64,000 nucleotides of DNA from an uncultured Chlamydiales bacterium (GCA_963700985.1 OY969554.1:1888001-1952000), one strand, 5' to 3'; shown: positions 1 through 10,178, counted from the first letter of the stretch. Numbers and translations are program-made. The notes: a model not told the origin generated them from the letters alone.

Positions 1-1453
1 AGAGAGAATCGACAAAATTGCCATTTACGACCAGCGCCAGAACAGATCCGTCGCCACTTGTATCCGCATAGCCGGTGAATTCACAGACACCGTGCTTGGC
101 GACATATTCTTTGAAAAGGCTTTCTTCAGCTTGCTGCGCGTGAACGGTGTGAGCGCTGCGCGACTTCTCTTTGGCTTGCTCTTCTAGAAGTTGATACGTT
201 TCGAGGTTTACTGACAAACCGGTGTCTTTTGCAATGAGCAAGATCTCTTCAACTGGGAATCCATAAGTATCTTTTAGTTTAAAAGCTTCTTCGCCGCTAA
301 TCTGTTTAAGAGGGCTTTTCTGTGCCTTTTCAATCACAGTATTTAAGATGTTCCCACCTTTTTTCAGCGTTCGCAGAAAAGCTTCTTCTTCTAGCGTGAG
401 GATTTCGGCGATGCGCGCCTGTGTGGAAACGAGTTCTGGGTAATCTTCGCCCATCATTTCCACAAGTCTTGGGAGGATCTTTGCGAGAAATGGTTCGTGC
501 AGCCCGATGCCTTTGCCATAACGCACAGCTCTTCGAAGTAGTTTGCGTAATACATAGCCGCGATCTACATTGCTTGGCTGAGCCCCGTCGATGATTGCAA
601 AAGCAAGTGAGCGGATGTGATCAGCGATGACGTGAAAAGCCGGGGCAGTAAGCTCATCGTTTTCATCATATTTTTTACCCGAGACGATCTGGACTTGATC
701 GATTAAGCTGCGCAAAATATCCGTAGCAAAAACGGTGTCGACCCCCATTTTGAGAGAGACCACGCGCTCTAATCCGGCTCCGGTATCGATGCAAGGGCAG
801 GGGAGCGGTGTGAGCTTACCCGAGCTATCGCGGTTGAACTGCATGAAGACGAGGTTCCAAAATTCTAAATAACGCTCGCCCGAGACATCCTCTTTAGGAG
901 AACGCGCATTTCCATATTTGGGGCCGCGGTCGATGAAAAGCTCAGAACAAGGTCCGCAAGGCCCCGTGTCACCCATCGCCCAAAAGTTGCTATCTTCACC
1001 TAAACGCACGATACGATTTTCTGGCACAAAGCGTTTCCATAAGAGAAAGGCTTCATCATCATTTTGAAAAACGGAAATCCAGATTTTATCTGGAGAGAAA
1101 CCAAAAACTTGAGTAGAGACTTCCCATGCATAGAGAATCGCTTTTTCTTTGAAGTAATCCCCAAAGGAGAAGTTACCCAGCATTTCGAAGAGAGTGAGAT
1201 GGCGTGTGGTGTGGCCGACGTTATCGAGATCGTTATGTTTTCCGCCGACTCGGACGCATTTTTGAGAGCTCGTAGCCGATTGGTAATCGCGCAGACTTTT
1301 CCCCAAAAAGACATCTTTGAACTGATTCATGCCGGCGTTTACGAAGAGCAGAGTTGGATCGTCGTGTGGCACCACAGGAGATGAAGGGACGAGTGTGTGG
1401 CCTTTTTGTTTAAAATAATTTAAAAATCCACGTCGAATTTCTTGTGAAAGCAT
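1..1453 (-). CDS. alaS: Alanine--tRNA ligase, 5' part; the gene runs off the left edge of the window
   Basis: Reading the minus strand from ATG at 1453 gives [19 protein letters not shown]...[23 protein letters not shown], and later [16 protein letters not shown] and [10 protein letters not shown]. These are AlaRS motifs. Confidence 0.97.
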   Translation of the reverse strand, partial: MLSQEIRRGFLNYFKQKGHTLVPSSPVVPHDDPTLLFVNAGMNQFKDVFLGKSLRDYQSATSSQKCVRVGGKHNDLDNVGHTTRHLTLFEMLGNFSFGDYFKEKAILYAWEVSTQVFGFSPDKIWISVFQNDDEAFLLWKRFVPENRIVRLGEDSNFWAMGDTGPCGPCSELFIDRGPKYGNARSPKEDVSGERYLEFWNLVFMQFNRDSSGKLTPLPCPCIDTGAGLERVVSLKMGVDTVFATDILRSLIDQVQIVSGKKYDENDELTAPAFHVIADHIRSLAFAIIDGAQPSNVDRGYVLRKLLRRAVRYGKGIGLHEPFLAKILPRLVEMMGEDYPELVSTQARIAEILTLEEEAFLRTLKKGGNILNTVIEKAQKSPLKQISGEEAFKLKDTYGFPVEEILLIAKDTGLSVNLETYQLLEEQAKEKSRSAHTVHAQQAEESLFKEYVAKHGVCEFTGYADTSGDGSVLALVVNGNFVDSL

Positions 1454-1561
1454 AAAAATCTAGCCCTACGCAACAACCATCTTTCTGGTTTTTTGTTGCA
1501 TGATTATAATAAGCGCATTAAAAATGTTATACAAATTTATCTGGTGGAGGCCGATTTTTTC

Positions 1562-3559
1562 ATGGACGCAGAGTTAAAAAAACAGCTTGGCAAGATTGCC
1601 AATACGATACGCGAGCTTTCCATGGAAGCCGTACAGAGAGCCAATTCAGGACACCCTGGGTTGCCTATGGGTTGCGCCGAGTTTGGTGCCTATCTCTATG
1701 GAGTTCTGCTTAGACATAACCCTAAAAATCCAAAATGGCTTAACCGCGACAGATTTGTCCTTTCGGCAGGTCACGGCTCAATGCTGCTCTATTCTTGCTT
1801 GCACTTGGCTGGATTTAACTTATCCATGGACGAGATCAAGCGTTTTCGCCAGCTCCACTCTAAAACTCCTGGCCACCCAGAATTTCACATCACCGAAGGC
1901 GTCGAGGCGACAACTGGCCCTTTGGGGCAAGGCGTTGGAAATGCCGTAGGTCAGGCTTTTGGATTGAAGTTACTTGCCGCAAAATTCAACAGTGACGGAT
2001 TTCCGCTTTTTTCAAACAAAGTCTACTGCTTAGCCGGTGATGGCTGCATGATGGAAGGCGTCTCTTCAGAGGCTTCAGCGCTTGCAGGTCACCTCAATCT
2101 CGATAACCTGGTGCTGATTTATGATGCGAACCAGGTGACGCTCGATGGCTTCCTGAACGAATCTGGCTCAGAAGATACGATGATGCGTTACCGCGCCTAT
2201 GGCTGGGATGTGATCGAGCTCGATGGTTATGATCTGGATAAGATGGATGAAATCTTTACCAATCTTTTGACCACACAGAAAAAACCAACGCTCATTTACA
2301 TGCATACCGTGATTGGCAAAGGTTCTCCTAACAAAGCCGGCACGCACAAGGTGCATGGCTCGCCGCTTGGTGCAGAAGAAGTCGAGGCTACTAAACGCGC
2401 GCTTGGCCTGCCCGAGGAGGCGTTCTTTGTTCCCCAAGCAGTTACAGCCTTTTTCGAAAAGAAGCTCGCCAAAGATATGGCACTCGAACAGAAGTGGAAA
2501 GATATGTTCCGCACTTGGTCTGAAACTCGCCCGGATCTTTATAAGCAATTCATGCAAATGGTCGAGAAAAAATTGCCTGAAAACTTAGAAGAAGAGCTGC
2601 ATAAAATCGAGATCAAATCGCCAATTGCCGGACGTAGCGCGTCGAACGTTGTCTTGGGCGTATTAGGCGAGATGTTGCCGTTTATTTATGGCGGTTCCGC
2701 GGATCTTTCTGGTTCAGATATGACCATGATGAAAAAATTTCCAATCATCAACACGAACGCTTTCAAGGGGCGAAACATCAAGTTCGGGATTCGTGAATTT
2801 GGAATGGCAACTGCTGCCACTGGCATGGCTCAGACAGATATGATTTTGCCTTTCATTGGAACATTTCTGACCTTTTCAGATTATATGCGCAATGCCATCC
2901 GCTTGGCCGCACTTTCAAAAGTGCAAGTGATCTATCACTTTACGCATGATTCGATCTTTTTAGGCGAAGATGGCCCTACGCATCAGCCGATAGAGCACTA
3001 TGCTGCTTTGAGAGCTATTCCCAATCTGCAATTTATTCGCCCGGCCGACACCTGGGAAGTAAAGATGGCTTGGATTGCAGCTCTGCGTTATCGCGGGCCT
3101 ACTGCTTTTTCGCTTTCAAGACAATCTCTGCCAGAACTTGCCTGCACTAACGTGCCCTATGAGCAGGGCATGGGTAAAGGCGCCTATATCGTTAAGCGCG
3201 AGCATGGACAGTGCGACTTCTCTCTTTTTGCGACTGGATCGGAGCTTTCCCTAGCTCTTGATGTGGCAGCAGCATTGGAGAAAAGAGGCAAATCCGTACG
3301 CGTTGTCTCAATGCCTTGCTGGGAAATTTTCGAGCAGCAAAGCGCTGAGTACAAAAATAGCGTAGTCGGTGGAAATATCGGTAAACGCGTGAGCATCGAA
3401 GCTGGCGTGAGTTTAGGCTGGCACAAGTGGATCGGTTCTGATGGCATTGCTATCAGTATTGAAACATTTGGCGAGTCTGCACCGATCAGTGATCTCGTGG
3501 CCGAGTTTGGCTTCAATGTCGACTCGATCCTAGACCGCTTGCTCTCCTCACAATCATGA
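1562..3559 (+). CDS. tkt: Transketolase
   Basis: Motifs SGHPGLPMG, RDRFVLSAGHGS, GDGCMMEG and GEDGPTHQPIE. Start placed at ATG 1562 (MDAELKK). Confidence 0.97.
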   Translation: MDAELKKQLGKIANTIRELSMEAVQRANSGHPGLPMGCAEFGAYLYGVLLRHNPKNPKWLNRDRFVLSAGHGSMLLYSCLHLAGFNLSMDEIKRFRQLHSKTPGHPEFHITEGVEATTGPLGQGVGNAVGQAFGLKLLAAKFNSDGFPLFSNKVYCLAGDGCMMEGVSSEASALAGHLNLDNLVLIYDANQVTLDGFLNESGSEDTMMRYRAYGWDVIELDGYDLDKMDEIFTNLLTTQKKPTLIYMHTVIGKGSPNKAGTHKVHGSPLGAEEVEATKRALGLPEEAFFVPQAVTAFFEKKLAKDMALEQKWKDMFRTWSETRPDLYKQFMQMVEKKLPENLEEELHKIEIKSPIAGRSASNVVLGVLGEMLPFIYGGSADLSGSDMTMMKKFPIINTNAFKGRNIKFGIREFGMATAATGMAQTDMILPFIGTFLTFSDYMRNAIRLAALSKVQVIYHFTHDSIFLGEDGPTHQPIEHYAALRAIPNLQFIRPADTWEVKMAWIAALRYRGPTAFSLSRQSLPELACTNVPYEQGMGKGAYIVKREHGQCDFSLFATGSELSLALDVAAALEKRGKSVRVVSMPCWEIFEQQSAEYKNSVVGGNIGKRVSIEAGVSLGWHKWIGSDGIAISIETFGESAPISDLVAEFGFNVDSILDRLLSSQS

Positions 3560-4581
3560 GTAAACTACTCGAAGCGCTTAAATGCAAAAACACCGGCCGT
3601 CCGCCGGTGTGGATGATGCGCCAAGCAGGGCGCTCTCTTCCTGTTTATCGCGCGCTGCGTGAAAAGCACACCTTGGATGCTCTCTTTCACCACCCTGAGC
3701 TAGCCGCGGATGTTACAGCTATGCCTGTCGATCAGTTGGGTGTAGATGCGGCAATTGTTTTTACCGATATTTTGATGATCGCAGAAGTCTTCGGTTTTAA
3801 AGTGAATTTTGTAGAAGGCAAAGGACCTGTGATTACGCCTGCCTTAACCACCACCGAAGAAGTAGAGCGCCTTACAGCAAAAGATGTGGCCTCTTCTCTT
3901 GCATACGTGTTTGAGACGATCAAGTTGGCCAAGCAGCGAGTGTCAGTTCCACTCATCGGGTTTTGCGGTGGTCCATTTACTGTCGCCAGCTATCTCATCG
4001 AAGGGGGAGCAAGTGGCAAAGAGCTTGCAAAAACCAAAGCATGGCTTTTTTCTCATCCTGAGAGTTTTCATCTCCTGCTCAAAAAGCTAACCGCGGCTTC
4101 AATTGAATATCTCAAACTGCAAGTTGCAGCGGGTGCACAGGTGCTGCAGATTTTTGATTCTTGGGCGAATGTACTCAGCACACCTTTTTTTATGACCTTC
4201 TGCTTGCACTATTTGAAACAGATCGTGCATGCGCTTAAACCCACAGGCGTGCCTGTGATTCTTTTCTGTCGCGGATCCACCTCATTTCCACAAGAGCTCG
4301 CATCGATTGAACCGACAGCCATCGGCTTTGATTGGCATCGAGAGCTGAATGTTTTAAGAAAACATGTGCCGCGACATATAGCTGTACAAGGAAATTTAGA
4401 CCCTCATCTCTTGAAGGCCTCGCCATTCATTATCCGCTCGGAAGTGCAGAGGCTCTTGCACTCGATGCGTAAAGATCCTGGCTTCATCGTCAATCTAGGG
4501 CATGGAATTCTTCCCGATACCCCCTTCGAAAATGCCAAGTGTTTCATCGACACTGTTAAAGAGTATTTACCATCTAACTAG
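3556..4581 (+). CDS. hemE: Uroporphyrinogen decarboxylase
   Basis: Motifs PPVWMMRQAGR, QIFDSW, VQGNLDP and NLGHGILP. Confidence 0.97.
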   Translation: MSKLLEALKCKNTGRPPVWMMRQAGRSLPVYRALREKHTLDALFHHPELAADVTAMPVDQLGVDAAIVFTDILMIAEVFGFKVNFVEGKGPVITPALTTTEEVERLTAKDVASSLAYVFETIKLAKQRVSVPLIGFCGGPFTVASYLIEGGASGKELAKTKAWLFSHPESFHLLLKKLTAASIEYLKLQVAAGAQVLQIFDSWANVLSTPFFMTFCLHYLKQIVHALKPTGVPVILFCRGSTSFPQELASIEPTAIGFDWHRELNVLRKHVPRHIAVQGNLDPHLLKASPFIIRSEVQRLLHSMRKDPGFIVNLGHGILPDTPFENAKCFIDTVKEYLPSN

Positions 4582-5358
4582 CGGTGGCAGAGAGCAGAGG
4601 ATAGCATCCGGGTTGCCGCCAGAGCGGAAACCGAACTGTGTGCCGCGATCGTAGAGGAGGTTGAACTCCACATAGTGTCCACGCATTTGGAGTTGCACCT
4701 CTTTTTCTTCAGGGGTGAAGGGTTGCGTGATGCGCCTTTTATAAATCGGAATGATCGCTTCTAAAAAGGTGTTTCCGATGCTCTTCCAAATGGGAAAATC
4801 AAGCGCAAAATCTCCACGATTGAAATGGTCAAAGAAGATGCCGCCCACGCCACGCTCTTTTTGCCTATGCGGCACAAAAAAGTAGGTGGCAGCATTTTGA
4901 GAAAATTGAGGGTAGAGCTCCTGTCCAAAGGCATCCAATGTGTTTTTTGCGACATTGTGAAAATGCACAGTGTCTTCAGGGTAAGGAAAGCCCATCGGTG
5001 TAAGGTCGTAGCCGCCGCCGAACCAGAACTTATCTCGCGTCTCGATGTAGCGCAGATTCATATGCACAGTGGGCGCATGCGGATTTTGCATGTGGGTGAT
5101 GAGGCTGATGCCCGTAGCAAAGAAAGGGCCTGAACCATCTGCCATCGGGAAATTTTCTCCATGGATGCCAGACCAGTTTACAGCGGCTCTTTCGAAGTTA
5201 AGGCCGCGAAGCTCACTGATTTCGCCTCCGCCGCCACCTTTTTGATATTCCCAATTTTTTCGTTGAAAAGAGCCTTGCGTTTCATGAGACTGGAAAGCCG
5301 AGATGATCTCTTCGCGCAAGTTTTTAAGGTAAGCTGTAATTTCGATTCTTCGATCCAT
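4567..5358 (-). CDS. hemF: Oxygen-dependent coproporphyrinogen III oxidase
   Basis: Motifs NPHAPTVHMNLRY, WFGGGYDLTP, RGVGGIFFD, YVEFNLLYDRGTQFG and SLPPLVRW. Start placed at MDRRIE (5358). Confidence 0.95.
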   Translation of the reverse strand: MDRRIEITAYLKNLREEIISAFQSHETQGSFQRKNWEYQKGGGGGEISELRGLNFERAAVNWSGIHGENFPMADGSGPFFATGISLITHMQNPHAPTVHMNLRYIETRDKFWFGGGYDLTPMGFPYPEDTVHFHNVAKNTLDAFGQELYPQFSQNAATYFFVPHRQKERGVGGIFFDHFNRGDFALDFPIWKSIGNTFLEAIIPIYKRRITQPFTPEEKEVQLQMRGHYVEFNLLYDRGTQFGFRSGGNPDAILCSLPPLVRW

Positions 5359-5372
5359 GAACAGGATAATAA

Positions 5373-6719
5373 ATGCATAAAGAAAAAAAGACACGTGTGA
5401 TTGTTTTAGGGGGCGGAATCTCCGGGCTTTCTTTGGCCTGGTATCTGTCTAAGCTTGAGACCTGCGAAGTTATCCTGCTCGAAAGAGAACCCCGCGTGGG
5501 TGGGTTTTTGCAGACTATCTCCACCGATGGATTTTTATTTGAAAAAGGGCCCAAGATCTTCAAAGCAGCGCGCTCTGCAGCACTGTTAGAGTTGATCGAT
5601 GCGTTAGGTCTGACGCAGCAACGTATCGCCTCCAATCCGCAAGTAAACCGCCGCTATGTATGGAGCGAAGATAAGCTTAACTTGCTGCCCACAAATCTTG
5701 CAGGTTTTCTCACCTCTTCCATGACGCGCCCTCTTTTGCGTGCGCTCTTTACCGAATGGCAAAAACCAGCGCATGCAGATGATGAGAGCATCTGGGATTT
5801 TATAGTGCGTAGATTCAATAAACAAACTGCAGAGCGCTTGTTTGATCCGCTGATTGTAGGCATCTATGCAGGAGATATGCAGAAGCTATCGATCAAGAGC
5901 TGTTTTCCTCAACTTAAACGCTGGGAAGAGGAGTATGGCTCGCTTACGCGTGGTTTTTTTGCTGCAAAAAAAACAAAAGCAGATACGTTTGGGCTTCCTT
6001 CTTCTGCGCTCTTTTCTTTGCAAGGCGGTGTTGAGACACTCATAAATAAACTCGCCCAAGAATTAGGGGGCTCTATTCAATGCGGGCAAAAGATTACAGA
6101 ATTGCGTTTCTCTTCAACGCACGTCACTGTGACAAGTGAAGAGAGAAGCTGGGATGCTGAGTATCTTTTTAGCGCGCTACCACCTTATGAACTGGCAAAA
6201 TATTTTACTGATTCGGCGCTCGCTTCTTCACTTACGCAGATTCCCTTTCAAGATATAGCGACTGTGCACATGGGTTTTCGCAAGTCTGTGCTACCCCTTG
6301 CAGGTTTTGGGTATCTAGTGCCTACCTATGAAAAACAGGAGATTCTCGGAACGGTCTTCGACTCTAATCTTTTTCCAGAGCAAAATAGCACACCCGAAGA
6401 GACGCGTCTTAGCACCATGCTGCTGTGTAGAGGGGGCGATTATCAAACAAGAGCGCTAAGCGCTTTGCGTCATCATCTTAAGATCACCAGCACGCCCGAT
6501 ACACTTGCTGTCACAGAAACTAGGTGGGCAATCCCGCAATTTGAAGTCGGTCATGAAAAGCGCATGGCTGAGCTACTAGCTAAAATCAGAGCATTTTCAC
6601 CGCGGCTGCACCTTGTGGGTAATTATCTGGCCGGCGCCTCAGTTAGCGACGCCGTTGCATATGCCAGAAAGAGTGCGCAGAATTTTAGTCTTTTTCCATC
6701 TCTTCTACAACCGACATAA
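5373..6719 (+). CDS. hemY: Protoporphyrinogen oxidase, HemY type
   Basis: FAD-binding GGGISGL, FEKGP, GIYAGD, GFGYLVP and WAIPQF. Lies in a heme gene cluster. Confidence 0.92.
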   Translation: MHKEKKTRVIVLGGGISGLSLAWYLSKLETCEVILLEREPRVGGFLQTISTDGFLFEKGPKIFKAARSAALLELIDALGLTQQRIASNPQVNRRYVWSEDKLNLLPTNLAGFLTSSMTRPLLRALFTEWQKPAHADDESIWDFIVRRFNKQTAERLFDPLIVGIYAGDMQKLSIKSCFPQLKRWEEEYGSLTRGFFAAKKTKADTFGLPSSALFSLQGGVETLINKLAQELGGSIQCGQKITELRFSSTHVTVTSEERSWDAEYLFSALPPYELAKYFTDSALASSLTQIPFQDIATVHMGFRKSVLPLAGFGYLVPTYEKQEILGTVFDSNLFPEQNSTPEETRLSTMLLCRGGDYQTRALSALRHHLKITSTPDTLAVTETRWAIPQFEVGHEKRMAELLAKIRAFSPRLHLVGNYLAGASVSDAVAYARKSAQNFSLFPSLLQPT

Positions 6720-7170
6720 GCAGATTACGCACTTCGCGATTAGCACATGAGGATGCGAGTCTTTGGAAAAAGTCGTCGATGAGAGTGTCATGATCTTGAT
6801 CGTCGTCCTCCTCTTCATCTTCATCGCCCGCATTTATGCGTGACAAAGAAATAAAGAGTAAGCCAATGGCTCGCTCGCACTCCTCGCGCATTCTGAGATT
6901 GTCGTAAGCGACTATGCGCGCAAATGCGATCATAAAATCTACAGCAGGTGCATGGGTGTCGAGAGAAGCAAGCTGCACATCTGCTAGATCTAGAGCAATC
7001 AGTGCATCTCTATAATGTCCCGTTAGGATGTGACCACATCCAAAGCCTGTGTAGGCCATGGCCATCTCTTCAGCGCGCATCTCAGTTTTCTGAATGGTTT
7101 CGGCAATTTCGTTAGCGTGACTTGTGATGGCACCGCAGAGAATAACAAGCGGCAGTAGAAGTTTTAACAT
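6685..7170 (-). CDS. Hypothetical exported protein, helical, with an acidic tract
   Basis: 161-aa ORF with a signal-peptide-like N-terminus (MLKLLLPLVILCGAITSHA) and AGGAGA upstream on the minus strand. Confidence 0.7.
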   Translation of the reverse strand: MLKLLLPLVILCGAITSHANEIAETIQKTEMRAEEMAMAYTGFGCGHILTGHYRDALIALDLADVQLASLDTHAPAVDFMIAFARIVAYDNLRMREECERAIGLLFISLSRINAGDEDEEEDDDQDHDTLIDDFFQRLASSCANREVRNLLMSVVEEMEKD

Positions 7171-7347
7171 AAGGTTTCTCCTTAATTAGAATTTGCAGAG
7201 CAAAAGTATTCTGCCATCTAGTTTCTTGTCAAATGTAAGGAGCAGTCCAAAAGCTATGTTTCCAAAATTTTGTTGGCGCGAAATTTTTTTTCGCATAAAT
7301 TCTTCTTGTTTTGTGTACTCCACACCGCGAAAAAAGGAAAAAATCCT

Positions 7348-8232
7348 ATGTCAGCATTATCCCCACTTTCTAGTAGATTTACATATACAAAATTAAGCTC
7401 TGGCGAGACTATTCCTACACGTCATGCTGAACACATAGACAGGGCAAGAACTAGAAGCATGAGCTCAGCGACGAGTGCTTTCGAATCACCCTCCGATGGA
7501 TCTAGATATCAAAGATTAAGCGCGGGCAATGCTGCCTCTGCGCCCTCAGTTGCTGAGATGGACGAAGGAATGGGAGTCGGAAGTGCTAGCTCCATAACAA
7601 GAGAAGGTCATGCAGCACAAAGAAGTATAAGTTCGATTGCGCCAGGATCAACCTCCTCTACACCAACTCGATCGTTTCGAAGTTTGTCAGTATCATGGGA
7701 TAAGCAAAATGCTACAACTGTACATCTTGAAGAGGGTGTTTTTGTGGGTAAAGTCGAATTTGGAAAGCCGCATGGCTATGGAGAACTGACATATGCTGCT
7801 CATGATCCACTTGGGCGTAAAAGCTATAAGGGTGCATTTGCTGAAGGGCTAAAACATGGCAGAGGCTTTATGAAGTGGACGGATGGCCGCAGCTATGATG
7901 GAGCCTGGCAAAACGACCAGATGCACGGTCTTGGCAAAGAAGTAATGGCTGGTGGGAGAGAATATTTTGGAAATTTTGATGCCAATACACCCCATGGGAA
8001 AGGTCGTATGACTTGGCCAAATGGTGATTATTATGTAGGACAGTTTGTCCATGGGACAATCGAGGGCCAAGGCAAAGAGCAGCGGATGCGTACTACACGT
8101 CATGGGGAGTTTAAAAACGGGAGTCTGTGGAATGGCACTTCTACGAGTGCATTCGAAGGCAGATTTGTAAATGGAGTAAAGGAGGGGCCCTCAATTTGTG
8201 CTATTCTCTGCTGCTGCTTGGTAAAAGACTAA
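7348..8232 (+). CDS. MORN-repeat protein with Ser-rich N-terminus and Cys-rich C-terminus (putative effector)
   Basis: Repeats of the form YxGxF/WxxxxxHGxG (YKGAFAEGLKHGRG, YDGAWQNDQMHGLG). Ends CAILCCCLVKD. Confidence 0.88.
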   Translation: MSALSPLSSRFTYTKLSSGETIPTRHAEHIDRARTRSMSSATSAFESPSDGSRYQRLSAGNAASAPSVAEMDEGMGVGSASSITREGHAAQRSISSIAPGSTSSTPTRSFRSLSVSWDKQNATTVHLEEGVFVGKVEFGKPHGYGELTYAAHDPLGRKSYKGAFAEGLKHGRGFMKWTDGRSYDGAWQNDQMHGLGKEVMAGGREYFGNFDANTPHGKGRMTWPNGDYYVGQFVHGTIEGQGKEQRMRTTRHGEFKNGSLWNGTSTSAFEGRFVNGVKEGPSICAILCCCLVKD

Positions 8233-8261
8233 CCAGCCGAATATTTTACATACAGTTTCTC

Positions 8262-8570
8262 TTATTCTGACGATAGCCATTTTACGAACGCTTCATTGCC
8301 CATGCCATCTGCCAGCATTAAAAAGAGTTTCCTTTTTCCTGGATCGAGAGTTGCTTTTGCATTCAATAAGAGTTCGCAGGCAGCTGTTTGACTCAGCCCG
8401 CTGGAAGAAGACCATGCGGCGGAAAACAATGCGTCGTCCAAATTGAGCTTTTCTTTATTTGTTGCTAGCAGATCCTTATTTGCAGCGAGTAGTAGCGATA
8501 AAACATCGGCATTTCCTTGTGCAGCTGCATTGAGCACACCTTTAGTTTCATCTGATAGATTGGCCCCCAT
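8262..8570 (-). CDS. Short ankyrin-repeat-like protein, possibly a 3' fragment
   Basis: LNAAAQGNADVLSLLLA and ALFSAA...ACELLLNAKA resemble ankyrin repeats. An in-frame stop lies 7 codons upstream of the ATG. Confidence 0.5.
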   Translation of the reverse strand: MGANLSDETKGVLNAAAQGNADVLSLLLAANKDLLATNKEKLNLDDALFSAAWSSSSGLSQTAACELLLNAKATLDPGKRKLFLMLADGMGNEAFVKWLSSE

Positions 8571-8688
8571 AGTTGCAGGACCTGGACCTTACGGTGCAGT
8601 AGAGCATAAGGCGCCTGCTTCACAATCGAGTGCAAGTTCAATAACACCCGCCGCTCCGGTAATAGATGCAGCGACATTAGCATTAGCC

Positions 8689-9423
8689 ATGCAACTTGTA
8701 GCTTCAGGAGCATTGACGCCCAAAATCACTGAAGAGACTTTACACCTCCCAGAAGGAACCTATGTGGGAGCTGTTAATAATGGCCAGCCGCATGGTAGAG
8801 GTGTCTTGACCTACTCTCAAACAGATCAATACCAGCGTCTTAGATATGAAGGGCAATTTCTCAATGGTCAGCGGCATGGCATAGGCGCATTGATTTGGAA
8901 AGATGGGAAAAGATATGACGGCCCATGGGAAAACGGCGGGATGAATGGTCAAGGTGTTGAACGATATGCTGATGGAAGTGTGTATGAAGGAACTTTTATA
9001 AATGGTGAGTGTCAGGGCGCTGGTGTATGGAAGTTTCCTGATGGAAAGATAGTTCAAGGTATGTTCTCTCAAGGTTACCCAAATGGCCAAGGCACAATTA
9101 CCTGGCCTGTGCGCGATAGATATGTAGGTATGCTTGTAAATGGTCAAATGCATGGTCAGGGCACGTACACATTTGCTAATGGAAATACTTATGTTGGGCA
9201 ATTTACTAATGATAAGATGACAGGCCAAGCGAGAAGGGAGATTCATTCAGGCTATGGTATTCATGTTGTTGAAGGAGTCTTTGTAGATGGACGCCTAATG
9301 AACGGTAGAGCGGGGAGGAATTTCGTTGAAAATGGAGTAGAACGAGAGCCCACTCTAAACGAGCAAATTGCAGATTCAGATGTTAAACCTCTCTGCGGAA
9401 GCCTTTTTTGCGCCATTCTGTAA
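8689..9423 (+). CDS. MORN-repeat protein ending in a CaaX box (CAIL); start uncertain, frame open from 8443
   Basis: Multiple MORN repeats (YEGQFLNGQRHGIG, YVGQFTNDKMTGQA). C-terminus is LCGSLFCAIL*. Confidence 0.85.
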   Translation: MQLVASGALTPKITEETLHLPEGTYVGAVNNGQPHGRGVLTYSQTDQYQRLRYEGQFLNGQRHGIGALIWKDGKRYDGPWENGGMNGQGVERYADGSVYEGTFINGECQGAGVWKFPDGKIVQGMFSQGYPNGQGTITWPVRDRYVGMLVNGQMHGQGTYTFANGNTYVGQFTNDKMTGQARREIHSGYGIHVVEGVFVDGRLMNGRAGRNFVENGVEREPTLNEQIADSDVKPLCGSLFCAIL

Positions 9424-9452
9424 AGAATGATCCTGAAGTTTGGATTTATTTT

Positions 9453-9482
9453 AAAAGCTCCTCCCTTTGGGGAGGAGCTTTT
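9453..9482. terminator. Bidirectional intrinsic terminator
   Basis: AAAAGCTCCTCCC-TTTG-GGGAGGAGCTTTT is a perfect hairpin with A/T tails, between convergent genes. Confidence 0.9.
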
Positions 9483-9487
9483 TATTT

Positions 9488-10174
9488 TTACAGAGTGTTT
9501 TTGAAGACGAGCGGGTGTGTGGCGTCTTGGAGGGCATCGCCGAAGGCGTAGCCACTTTTTTTCAGCAGGTGTGTGAGAGGATCATTGGGCTGAAGGAGAT
9601 AGATGGCTTTTCGAGGAGCGAAGAGAATCAGATAGAAGCTCTGCTCGGGGTCGTTAAAAAGAAGATCTGGAGCGATCGAGCACTCGGGACTTAAAAAGAG
9701 AGCGCTTCCTTCAGTTTGTGGAAGTGGAAACTCTTCGGAGATAACAGTTTTTTTCGAATCGAGCTTAATTAGAAGCGCGCCGCATGGATCGTTGAAAGAG
9801 CAGATCTCTTTTAAAGGAATAGGTGAGCGTGAATAGGGCGATTGAGGATCCTTTCCCACTTTGATATATTGTGTAAATCCAACGCGCAACGCATTTGCAT
9901 GGAAAAGAGAAGCCGCAAGCTGCACTAAGCTCATGGGCATCAGGTATCTTTTTGCTTTCAGGTTGTCGCGCCAGAGATCTCTTCCGGAACTGAAAAGCTC
10001 GCTAGTAGATTTCTGACTCAATTTTTCAGGCGTAGTTTTAAGACGCAGCGCTAAGAGATGTTCAGCCGTCTGCTTTAACAGCGCGACCTCATCATCGGGC
10101 ATGATCGCATCAAATTCGATGTATTTATTCTTAGCAAAAAACGAGCGCTGTTGTGAGGATAAAAAGATCTGCAT
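9488..10174 (-). CDS. Chlamydial CT296/DcrA-like protein
   Basis: N-terminus (MQIFLSSQQRSFFAKNKYIEFD...GRDLWR) resembles CT296 as I recall it. It sits near rnc-radA-hemC, as CT296 does. Confidence 0.6.
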   Translation of the reverse strand: MQIFLSSQQRSFFAKNKYIEFDAIMPDDEVALLKQTAEHLLALRLKTTPEKLSQKSTSELFSSGRDLWRDNLKAKRYLMPMSLVQLAASLFHANALRVGFTQYIKVGKDPQSPYSRSPIPLKEICSFNDPCGALLIKLDSKKTVISEEFPLPQTEGSALFLSPECSIAPDLLFNDPEQSFYLILFAPRKAIYLLQPNDPLTHLLKKSGYAFGDALQDATHPLVFKNTL

Positions 10175-10178
10175 AGTT

